A DNA stretch of 62,436 nt, filler included, from Anaerolineae bacterium (GTDB lineage: Bacteria > Chloroflexota > Anaerolineae > Epilineales > Epilineaceae): assembly GCA_029262755.1 (NCBI GenBank). It is 8 parts of 8 records of this genome, joined end to end, with 100 filler letters (N's around TTAATTAATTAA, not from the genome) between each part and the next. Parts side by side here need not be neighbours in the genome. Positions count along the whole stretch, not along the records: positions 1 to 12,651 come from JAJCYU010000009.1; positions 12,752 to 17,493 come from JAJCYU010000011.1; positions 17,594 to 29,221 come from JAJCYU010000012.1; 5 more parts are not named here. One strand, 5' to 3'. The position numbers were made by a program, and so were the translations under genes. The notes under the pieces are model-generated. The model had not been told where the DNA came from. It did not search any database and saw only the letters and a list, made by a program, of their open reading frames with translations. This document shows positions 9,721 through 18,584 of this stretch, in pieces (the first letter of the stretch is position 1; every line of letters begins with the position of its first letter).

Positions 9721-11667
9721 ATGGCAGACCAGTCCGAGCAGGACCAGGCCGTCGCTTCGGCGGCCGGACAACCCACGACGACGGATTCGGCGGAGCAAGC
9801 GCCCGATCCGCAGGCCGTAGCGGAGGAGTTGTACCGCATCCGTCACAGCCTCGCCCACATCCTGGCCGAGGCCGTGCTGGAGCGCTACCCGCAAGCCAAG
9901 CTCGGCATCGGGCCGCCCATCCAGGACGGCTTCTACTACGACTTCGACCTGGGCCGCGGCGAGGACGGCAAGGCGGTTACGTTCAAGCCCGAGGACCTCG
10001 ATGCGCTCGAGACGCGGATGAAGGCGATCATCAAAGGTCGCCACGCGTTCTCGATGCGCGAGGTGAGCGCCGCGGAGGCCGACACGATCTTCGCGGACCA
10101 ACCCTACAAGCGCGAGCTCATCGAGGCGCTCGCGGCGGGCAACGTGGACGACAACGGCAACGAGGTGAGCGCGCCCGTGCCGATCACGGTCTACGAACAG
10201 GACGGCTTCGTCGACCTGTGCCGAGGCCCGCACCTCGCGCATACGGGCTATGCCAAGGCCAACGCCTTCAAGCTGCTCTCTTCGGCGGGCGCCTATTGGC
10301 GCGGCAGCGAGGGCAACCCCATGCTGCAGCGTATCTACGGCACGGCCTGGAAGCGCAAGGCCGATCTTGAAGCGCATCTGGATCATCTTGCCGAGGTCGA
10401 GAAGCGTGACCATCGGCGGCTGGGCACGGAGCTCGATCTGTTCAGCACGAACAGTGAAACGGTAGGCGGCGGCCTGATCCTGTGGCATCCGGACGGAGCA
10501 TTGATCCGGCACTTGATCGAGGACTTCGCCAAGCGCAAGCACCTGGCCGGCGGCTACAAGATGGTCTACACGCCGCACATTGGGCGTGCCTCCTTGTGGG
10601 AGACGAGCGGGCACCTGGATTTCTACAAGGACGGCATGTACCCGCCCATCGAGTTCGACGGCGCGGAGTACTACCTGAAACCCATGAACTGCCCCTTCCA
10701 CGTGCAGATCTACAAGAGCCGCAATCGCAGCTATCGCGAGCTACCTCTCAAGCTGGCTGAGTGGGGCACGGTGTATCGCTACGAGCGCAGCGGCACGCTG
10801 CACGGCCTCATGCGGGTGCGCGGCTTCACGCAGGACGACGCGCATCTCTTCGTCTCGCCGGACGACGTGGGCGACGCGATCCGCGAGGTCTTGGACTTCA
10901 GCCTCGACACGCTCGGCGCCTTCGGATTCCGAGACTTCAAGGTCAACATCTCGACGCGTCCGGACGAGAAGTACGTCGGCGAGATCGAGGACTGGGACCG
11001 TGCGACGGAAGCCCTGATCGAGGCGGTGCGCAGCCGCGAGATCGACTTCGAAGTAAAGGAGGGCGACGGCGCGTTCTACGGGCCGAAGATCGATATCGAC
11101 GTCGAGGACGCCCTCGGGCGCGCCTGGCAGCTGTCGACGATTCAGTTCGACTTCAATCTGCCCGAGCGCTTCGACATGAGCTTTGCCGACAAAGACGGCA
11201 CGCTGCGTCGTCCGTATATGGTGCACCGCGCGCTGCTCGGCTCGATGGAGCGCTTCTTCGGGGTGCTTATCGAGCACTACGGCGGCGCCTTCCCCGTGTG
11301 GTTGGCGCCGGTGCAGGCGATCGTCATCCCGATCACGGACGAGCTGAACGACTACGCGTCCGACGTGTCGACGCGCCTGGAAGCGGCAGGACTGCGCGTG
11401 GAGGTCGATCACCGCAGCGAGCGTATGCGGGCCAAGATCCGCGATGCACAGCTGCGCAAGATCCCGTACATGCTCGTGGTCGGTGGTCGCGAGGCGGAGA
11501 ACGGCGCGGTGGCCGTACGTCTGCGCACGGAGGCCGATCTCGGCGCGATGTCCATCGACGACTTCGCACGGATGGCCCTGGAGGCCGTCGAGACGCGCAG
11601 TGGTGTCGAAGGCGAAGAGCTGATGCCCCAAGCACCACAGGAAGGGATCGACGGGGTCGAAGTCTAA
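9721..11667 (+). CDS. thrS: Threonine--tRNA ligase
   Basis: RHSLAHILA, DLCRGPH, GAYWRG, LQRIYGT, KPMNCP, RVRGFTQDDAH, AFYGPKID, HRALLGSMERF; GGGAGG RBS. Confidence 0.97.
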   Translation: MADQSEQDQAVASAAGQPTTTDSAEQAPDPQAVAEELYRIRHSLAHILAEAVLERYPQAKLGIGPPIQDGFYYDFDLGRGEDGKAVTFKPEDLDALETRMKAIIKGRHAFSMREVSAAEADTIFADQPYKRELIEALAAGNVDDNGNEVSAPVPITVYEQDGFVDLCRGPHLAHTGYAKANAFKLLSSAGAYWRGSEGNPMLQRIYGTAWKRKADLEAHLDHLAEVEKRDHRRLGTELDLFSTNSETVGGGLILWHPDGALIRHLIEDFAKRKHLAGGYKMVYTPHIGRASLWETSGHLDFYKDGMYPPIEFDGAEYYLKPMNCPFHVQIYKSRNRSYRELPLKLAEWGTVYRYERSGTLHGLMRVRGFTQDDAHLFVSPDDVGDAIREVLDFSLDTLGAFGFRDFKVNISTRPDEKYVGEIEDWDRATEALIEAVRSREIDFEVKEGDGAFYGPKIDIDVEDALGRAWQLSTIQFDFNLPERFDMSFADKDGTLRRPYMVHRALLGSMERFFGVLIEHYGGAFPVWLAPVQAIVIPITDELNDYASDVSTRLEAAGLRVEVDHRSERMRAKIRDAQLRKIPYMLVVGGREAENGAVAVRLRTEADLGAMSIDDFARMALEAVETRSGVEGEELMPQAPQEGIDGVEV

Positions 11668-11687
11668 GCGCAGGGCCGACGTTTCGT

Positions 11688-11726
11688 GGTGGGCGCCCGT
11701 CTCCAATGTCTTGACGGGCGCCCACC
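11688..11726. repeat. Perfect 14-bp inverted repeat after thrS, overlapping the infC -35
   Basis: GGTGGGCGCCCGTC (11688-11701) and GACGGGCGCCCACC (11713-11726). Confidence 0.8.
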
Positions 11727-11740
11727 CACGGTCATATAAT
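11711..11740 (+). promoter_or_regulatory. Sigma70-type promoter for infC
   Basis: TTGACG-N18-TATAAT. Confidence 0.7.
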
Positions 11741-11743
11741 GGC

Positions 11744-11773
11744 CCGTCCATAAGCCCTTCGGGGCGGTTTTTT
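11744..11773 (+). terminator. Hairpin plus U-tract in the infC leader (possible attenuator)
   Basis: GCCC-TTCG-GGGC, or the alternative pairing CCGTCC/GGGCGG, followed by a T run. Confidence 0.5.
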
Positions 11774-11828
11774 GTTGCCCTGGTCGGACACAACCATCCC
11801 ATCAACGGTTCAGCAGCGAGGTGTAGAG

Positions 11829-12651
11829 ATCGCCAGACGACGCCCCAAGCCAGCGCCACAGCGCGCGCCGAAGCAACGTACAAACGAGGATATCCGCTCC
11901 GCGCAGGTCCGCCTGATTGACAGCAAGGGGGAGCAGATCGGGGTCGTATCCCTTCGGGAAGCCCTGAATGCAGCCCGCGCGGAAGGCCTTGATCTCGTGG
12001 AGGTCGCGCCCGGTGCGCGGCCGCCCGTGTGCAAGATCCTCGACTTCGGCAAGTGGCAATACGAGCAGCAAAAGAAGGAACAGGAAGCGCGTAAGGCACA
12101 GAAGCAGGTTGAGCTAAAGGAAGTCCGCCTGCGACCAAAGACCGATATACACGACACGGTCGTCAAGATCAACCGCGCGCGTCGGTTCCTGATGGCGGGG
12201 CACAAAGTGCGGTTCCGGGTTCAGTTCCGTGGTCGCGAGATCACGCACCCCGAGATCGCGATGGAGCGATTGAAGGACGTCGCGAACAAGCTGGGTGATG
12301 TCAGCGCCGTCGAGGTCAGGCCGAACATGGAGGGTCGTTCCATGTTCATGCTCCTGGCCCCGGAGAACATTCCCGACGCACCGGCCGTGAAAGCGGCGCC
12401 GGCTGCCAAGGACGATAAGCCCGAGAAGAAGGCTGCGCCCGCCGCGGCAGCTATCACAGACGAGGCGGTCGATGTCGCGCCTGAGGTATTGGGCGATGAC
12501 GTGCCGGCTCCGGCGGAGACGCCGGCGAAGGCGAAGCCGAAGAAGCGCAAAAAGGCCGCTCCAAAGCAGTCCATCCTCGATGACGATGAGGATGACGAAG
12601 TACCGGATCGGGTCGCCAGAAAGGCGGCCGACAAGAAGAAGGCCACGGCCA
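11829..12651 (+). CDS. infC: Translation initiation factor IF-3 (3' partial) with atypical ATC start and long Ala/Lys/Asp C-terminal tail
   Basis: NEDIRSAQVRLID, LDLVEVAP, PPVCKILDFGK, KEVRLRP, FRGRE; GAGGTG SD lies just upstream of ATC 11829. Confidence 0.93.
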
Positions 12652-12750
12652 NNNNNNNNNNNNNNNNNNNNNNNNNNNNNNNNNNNNNNNNNNNNTTAAT
12701 TAATTAANNNNNNNNNNNNNNNNNNNNNNNNNNNNNNNNNNNNNNNNNNN
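12652..12750. other. Artificial contig linker (first of 7)
   Basis: N run + TTAATTAATTAA + N run. Others at 17494-17593, 29223-29321, 33259-33358, 42370-42469, 50295-50394 and 59204-59303. Confidence 0.99.
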
Positions 12751-13092
12751 NAACTCATTGGCCAGAGCCTGGATGCTCCAGCCGTGTTTGGTGTGCAAGA
12801 CGTGCATCACGATCGAATCCTCCTCAGACTGCATTCATCCCTCCTGCTCGGCTCCGGCTTCAACACCTGGACCGTGGCAGGAGGGATCTGCCGTTTCAAC
12901 GACTCAAAGGAAAAGGCCCCGGGAGTCCCGAGGCCTCTGCACTTTTCGTGATCAGGAGGTTGCACTATTCGTGATCGCTAACACCCTCCGCTGACGCTCC
13001 GGGCGGGGCCCCCCCCATTTACCAGCGACTGATCCTTGACCCCTCCGGCTCTCCTCCCGGTTCGGCAGCTACCGAACGAAAGGAGTTGTGGG

Positions 13093-13443
13093 ATGGAGTC
13101 AACAAAGGTCGAAGCGCCGGAGGCATCGACAGAGGAACGGGCGGACTGGTGGTACTCCGAAGACCGATTCCAGACGATGGAACACCTGGATGGAGTCGTG
13201 AGCGATCAGGAAGGGGGTGGGCGAGTGCCGGCGGAGCCGCTTTGGCAATTTCTAAGCTCACGCTCCATCACTTCGGTCGCCCGCGAGATCGCCGCTCGAT
13301 ACGGAACAAATGAGCTCAGCGAAGCTCGCCAACTCATGAGACTTAATCGTAAGACGACCAGATATTTGACCAACCGGGCGGCCGATCGGTTTGCCATCGG
13401 CATTGGTCAGCACCCTTCGCAGATCTGGCTCGAGTGGAGATAG
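13093..13443 (+). CDS. Small phage-like protein, possible HTH DNA-binding
   Basis: AGGAG RBS; the C-terminus AADRFAIGIGQHPSQIW resembles HTH/Ner-like tails. Confidence 0.5.
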   Translation: MESTKVEAPEASTEERADWWYSEDRFQTMEHLDGVVSDQEGGGRVPAEPLWQFLSSRSITSVAREIAARYGTNELSEARQLMRLNRKTTRYLTNRAADRFAIGIGQHPSQIWLEWR

Positions 13444-13453
13444 GGGGATCTAG

Positions 13454-13951
13454 ATGATGGCACACGTCGTTTGCATCACCCACATCGATGCGCCCGTGAC
13501 TGCAGGGCTGAAGCTCTCAAGTTCGAAAGCTCTCCTGGCCTGGACGGACCTCGAGGTGGTCGATCGGAGACCGATGATCAACTACGAGAAGGAGTCTCCT
13601 CGTCGAACGCTCACGATCGAATCCGCCGACAGAGTGGGAGCGATGCTGTTGGCGGAAAATCAAAGATGCGCCAACTGCTTTTACGGAACCGACTGCCTGG
13701 AGGAGGTCTATGAGTTCCAAGAACTCCCCGGGATGCCGGATCCTGTGAAGATCCTTAAGGCCATAGATTGCTACCAGGCTGCTGCGGGGTGGTACAACCC
13801 AAAGTGGCACAGGTCTGAAGCGAAGGAATTCTGCGGTGCCCTGCAGGCGCTCTGCATCAGACAACTTCCCGGCTACCGGTTGGCTCCATGGGAGATTTCT
13901 CGACGCAATGTCTTCCTTCGCCCTGAAGACACCTCTGAGTCCGGTGCCTGA
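13454..13951 (+). CDS. Phage/plasmid-type conserved hypothetical protein
   Basis: HID, GAMLLAEN, PVKILKAIDCY and LPGYRLAPWEI resemble a hypothetical family I recall from mobile elements (not verified). Confidence 0.5.
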   Translation: MMAHVVCITHIDAPVTAGLKLSSSKALLAWTDLEVVDRRPMINYEKESPRRTLTIESADRVGAMLLAENQRCANCFYGTDCLEEVYEFQELPGMPDPVKILKAIDCYQAAAGWYNPKWHRSEAKEFCGALQALCIRQLPGYRLAPWEISRRNVFLRPEDTSESGA

Positions 13952-14420
13952 AGTCTTGATCATTCAGCATTGAGCCGCTACCTTCGGTGGCTAATCACAC
14001 TAGAAAATATCGGAGCCAGCCAGATTGGCCGTGCCGATTCGCGCCCAGCTGAGGGTCCAAGCCGGAGCCCTTGCTCAAGGAATGGAGCAGGGTCTTGCTT
14101 TGTGTGAGCCCAGGACCCTGGCTGGAGCAAGTTGTGAGGTGTCGCCGCCGGTCGTGGATCCGAGCTGCTTGAGAAGCGGTCCTGCCGAGAATGCCGATAA
14201 GGTGATGAGCCGGGGTGAGCAGCTAGCGAAATCCATTCTAATTGGGCCTAACCCGGGGACTAGCTTTGGCCAAGGCGAAATCGATGTAGACATTTCGCTC
14301 CTAAGTAAGCAAGGGTATTGCCCGTGTTTAACCCAACAGGGAATGATCGAAGCCTGTGCGGAGACCGACTCTTTGGGAGCGGCGTAAAGAATTGTCCCTA
14401 GAGTCCTGCGGAGGCATTAA

Positions 14421-15476
14421 TTGAAGGTGAAGGATCCTCGACCGGACGTCGAAGAGTGGGACGTCGCCAACCTCGATCTAGACCCTGAAAATGCGCGACT
14501 TCCAGAGGACTTGGCTGACCGGAGCCAGCTAGCTCTGGTTGCCTACTTTGAGCAAGCGTACGAACTGGAAGAGCTTGCGTGGTCGATGGCGGAACATGGC
14601 TACTTCACGGAAGAGCCTCTCTTGACCGTCAATATCGATGCCCCGGGACGCAGGGTCGTTCTGGAAGGAAACCGCCGCCTGGCAACGCTCAAACTGCTAA
14701 CTGATGCCAGTGCAAGGGACGCGGTAAAGAAATCGTTCTGGAATGAACTCGCCGAACTAGCATCTGAACATCAGCTGCAAAAAGTCCCCACACGAAACTA
14801 TCCCACCAGGGAATCCTTACTTGATTACCTTGGATTTAGGCACGTTTCGGGATTGCTTCAATGGACAGCCGACGCCAAGGCGCGATTCGTTCACAATCTC
14901 ATTGTCAACCATAAATACTCTTTCGACCGGGCAGGGAGAGTCATTGGAAGCCGGCCCGACGCTATCCGGCGCCAGTTCATCGCTTGGCGAAGCCTGGAGC
15001 AGGCACGTAGTTACGGAATCGACACTGCGCCGGGTACAAGGCATTTTGGTGTCTATTACAGGGCACTGCAGAACCCTGCGATTCGCAGCTTCATTGGCGT
15101 GGATGGATGGATCAACGGAACTGAGTCAATGCTTAATCCGCTCAAGCTTGGAGGTACCGACCGACTTGGAGAATTTCTCGACCTAGTTTTCGGTCCCAAA
15201 AGGGTCATCAGAGAGTCCCGGCAGCTCGACGAGTTGGGCAAGGTATTGGCCAACCGCCAAGCCTATGCGCTCCTAAAAGAGACACGGGATTTGTCGATCG
15301 CCTTGCAGGAATTGCCCGCCGACAAGGACGCTCTCTATGCCGCCATTCGCCTCTCGTATCGAAACGCCGCGAGGGCCAACGCTGAAGCGTTCCAATTTAA
15401 GGGTGACCCTGATCTCAAGGCGGAGGCAGCCAAGCTTCGTGACCTAGTGGCTCAGCTCCTAAAGTCCCTTCAATAA
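14421..15476 (+). CDS. ParB/Srx-like N-terminal domain protein
   Basis: LDLDPENARL, EPLLTV and VVLEGNRRLATLKLL (ParB-like GxRR motif); GGAGG RBS before TTG. Confidence 0.75.
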   Translation: MKVKDPRPDVEEWDVANLDLDPENARLPEDLADRSQLALVAYFEQAYELEELAWSMAEHGYFTEEPLLTVNIDAPGRRVVLEGNRRLATLKLLTDASARDAVKKSFWNELAELASEHQLQKVPTRNYPTRESLLDYLGFRHVSGLLQWTADAKARFVHNLIVNHKYSFDRAGRVIGSRPDAIRRQFIAWRSLEQARSYGIDTAPGTRHFGVYYRALQNPAIRSFIGVDGWINGTESMLNPLKLGGTDRLGEFLDLVFGPKRVIRESRQLDELGKVLANRQAYALLKETRDLSIALQELPADKDALYAAIRLSYRNAARANAEAFQFKGDPDLKAEAAKLRDLVAQLLKSLQ

Positions 15477-15486
15477 GCCCTTTTAC

Positions 15487-16470
15487 TTGTCACTTAACCT
15501 TCCCTTTAGCGAGATAACGCACTGGTCATTGGCCGACCTCGTTGAACTACGCATACTCTTCGCAAAGGGGTCGATGTCACAAGCCGAACTGCTTGACGAA
15601 CTGACCGAAGAAGGTGGGCTCTCTGACCTGGCGGCATACGATCAGTTCCTCGACGAGGACGACCTCGACCAGGAAGCTCAGCTGCTACGGGAACTGAGGG
15701 CTGACGCTGCGGAAGGGTGCTCGTCGGAGGCGTTACTGGCAGAGGAAACGATTCTTGAACTTGACCGAAGGTTGGAATTGGTCGGAGATCACTACCCAAT
15801 TGTAATTAATTCTACAGTCGCTTCCCTACGTCTGGATAACTGGAAAGCAGAACCGGTTTACTCGTTTCTCGCCGCCTTGAATGCTAGATATATCTGGAAG
15901 CTAGACGCTGACCTCAAGGTAGGAGCGAGACTGTTTGAGCGATTAGTGGTCTACGCCCTGCGGCGCTATTGGGGTGGGGACGCTGCCCATTTTGGATGGC
16001 CTCGCGACCCAGCGGACTTCGGTGCCTTTCGAGAGGCTTTTCCGAGAATTGTCGCCCTAATGCGGGAACGACTTAGCGTGAGAAAGGAAGAGTTGCCTCT
16101 TGCCCAAAAGGACCTAGCGGTAGATGCAATCGCATGGCGGTCGCTAGATGTTCGCCCGGGACAGACAGTCCTGTTGTGCCAATGCTCGATAGGAGGTGAT
16201 TGGGCGGAAAAGGGTGTCCCTATCGAGAAATGGTCGACGCTCGTCAATTTCTCCGTCGCCCCCACACGGGGACTCGCGTTTCCGTTTGTACCTGAAGCCG
16301 TACGTCCTCTGAGCAATGTCGAGTGGTTACTGCTCTGCGCAGGAGTGGGAGTTCCATTTGACCGATTAAGACTCGCTAGGTTGCTTGCTGGAGTGGAGAT
16401 TGAAGGAAAGCTGTTGGAGTCCATCTCCCATTGGACTCAAGACCTAGTCCCACATTTAAGCCGCCTATGA
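15487..16470 (+). CDS. Hypothetical protein, possible PD-(D/E)xK-like endonuclease
   Basis: FERLV...KDLAVDAIAW...LCQCSIGGDWAEK pattern (E...D...QxK-like); starts 10 bp after the ParB-like gene. Confidence 0.55.
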   Translation: MSLNLPFSEITHWSLADLVELRILFAKGSMSQAELLDELTEEGGLSDLAAYDQFLDEDDLDQEAQLLRELRADAAEGCSSEALLAEETILELDRRLELVGDHYPIVINSTVASLRLDNWKAEPVYSFLAALNARYIWKLDADLKVGARLFERLVVYALRRYWGGDAAHFGWPRDPADFGAFREAFPRIVALMRERLSVRKEELPLAQKDLAVDAIAWRSLDVRPGQTVLLCQCSIGGDWAEKGVPIEKWSTLVNFSVAPTRGLAFPFVPEAVRPLSNVEWLLLCAGVGVPFDRLRLARLLAGVEIEGKLLESISHWTQDLVPHLSRL

Positions 16471-16714
16471 TCTCCGACTCTGTGGGAGCGGTTGGCGAGA
16501 AGAGCGCACTGCCTGTCGACGCTACATCCAGGCGGTCCCACTTTGATTTGGACGGTTACACGTCAGCCCGGGCCCGCCTCGTCGGACCGCCCTTCCTGCC
16601 GAACCGCTTGCACACCCGGCAGCGCCGGTTGCCTTTTGGATCGGCAGGTTCAAGGGATCCGCGCAACACCTCGGTGAGTCGATCAGTATCAGTCGACTCA
16701 ACCGGGAGGTTACT

Positions 16715-17208
16715 TTGGCAGCGCATCTGACTCACCAGCAGCGACAGCTCGCTCGAAAGCTTCGACGCGAAGGCTTGACCGTTCGGGAAGTCGCGGTAGA
16801 AATCGGCTGTTCGCCCAGGACTGTCAAACGCGTTAACCATGGGCCCGGAAGGCGGGAGGCGCAGCGGGTGGAGTGGTCGCCCGGGCCCTTGCGGCTCGCG
16901 CTTTCCGAGCGAGAAGAGATCAGTCGCGGCCTGGTTGCGGGCGAGACGGTGAGGAAGATCGCTTGCCAGCTCGGCCGGGCACCCTCGACGGTGTCGCGGG
17001 AGGTGAAAACCAACGGTGGCCGGTCGCACTACCGGGCGGTTAGGGCGCACCATGGAGCGTATGAACGAGCGCGGCGCCCAAAGATGCCCAAGCTCGCCGC
17101 CGGTCCGCTCACGTCCAAGGTGGAGTCCTGGTTGGAGCAGTGGTGGTCACCACAGGAGATCGCCAACCGCTTGCGCCTGGAGCACCCCGACGACTCGGCG
17201 ATGTGGGT
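16715..17208 (+). mobile_element. IS30-family transposase fragment (HTH part only, DDE domain missing)
   Basis: LSEREEISRGL, IACQLGRAPSTVSREV, WSPQEIANRL...MWV; similarity then breaks where SHETIY is expected. Confidence 0.85.
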
Positions 17209-17593
17209 AGAGGTTGTCCCCGGCATACGGATGCCCTCGGGGACAGTGAGTTTTGCGCCGGCCGGAGCCCTCCCGACGAGCAACGGAGGTGGCTGCCGGC
17301 CGCCCGGAATCGCCGAATCCGGTACGGGCCTTCAGCTGAGCGCTCGGCATCCCCGCCCCGACAACACCACCTGAGCATCCACCAACTGCTCCTCCACTGC
17401 CCCGCAAGATGCACCGGCGAGAATACCTACTTTTGGTTTGCGCCCGCCAGCCCTTTTTGGTTTGGACGACACCAGCTCGTCTGTTTCTGTCCGNNNNNNN
17501 NNNNNNNNNNNNNNNNNNNNNNNNNNNNNNNNNNNNNTTAATTAATTAANNNNNNNNNNNNNNNNNNNNNNNNNNNNNNNNNNNNNNNNNNNN

Positions 17594-18584
17594 GCGGCGC
17601 AGTCGACGTCGGCGTTGCCGGGACGGACGTCGGCGGCACCGCCGTCGCCGTGGGAGGCATGGGCGTCGGTGTTTCGGGACCGTCCAGCGCGTCGTTCCAA
17701 AGCTGATCCCAGAAGAACGGCGCCACCATCGTCAGCACTTCGGCGGGCATATAGGGCGCATGTCCCTGCCCTTGCAGCGGATGGAAGGCGTAGGGGATTC
17801 CCAGAGCCTCCGCTCGGTCGCGAAGAGCCACCGCTTCGCTGTACGGAACCACCGCATCCTGCGTGCCGTGCACGATCGCGAGGGGCGGCTCGCCCTCCTC
17901 CATCTCGCCGATGGTGTTGTAAAGGCCACCCCATAGGTCGAGCACGGCCGCAACCGCCGACCCGTCGTCCGCGCTCGGCTTGGAGACCTCCGTATACGCC
18001 ACCATGAGCGAAGTGATCGCACCGGCCGAAGAGCCGCCGATCACGATGCGGTCGGTGTCCAGCCGGTGCTGCCCCGCGAACTCACGCACCCATCGCACGG
18101 CCTTGCGCCCGTCCTCGACCGCGGCCGGGATGCCCTCCGTGACGATGTTGCCCTGGTTGATGCGGTAGTCGATCGCGATGGCCACGTAGCCGCGCTGCGC
18201 CATGAGCTCGCAGTAGGCGCGCGGCTCGATCGTGCGGTTGCCCGCCACGAAGCCCCCGCCGAAGAGGAAGAGGAACACCGGCCGCTCCGTGGCCGTGTCG
18301 CCGGCAGGTTCGTAGAGATCGAGCTTCAACTCGACATCGCGCCCGCTAGGCAGGTCCGTTGATGTGCCGAAGACGATTCCGTTCGTACGCTCCACACGGT
18401 CGAACACGAGGTCGACGTAGCGTCCGGGCGGATCGACCGCAGGCTGTGCGCCCACCGACGTCGCCGGCCCGAGCGCGGCGATCCCGAGCGCCGGCACGAC
18501 GAGGAGGCCGAGCACGAGCGTCGCCGCAGTCCGGGCCGCGCGATGGCGACCGGACACGACGGTGGGCACTTGTTTGCGGATCAT
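17594..18584 (-). CDS. Secreted alpha/beta hydrolase (carboxylesterase-like), 3' partial
   Basis: Signal peptide, LDLYEP, FGGGF, GSSAG nucleophile elbow, HGTQDAVV, GH; PT linker. Confidence 0.85.

Noticed and set aside
14025..14387. 120-aa ORF upstream of the ParB-like gene
   Set aside because: No RBS or motif support; coding status cannot be established.
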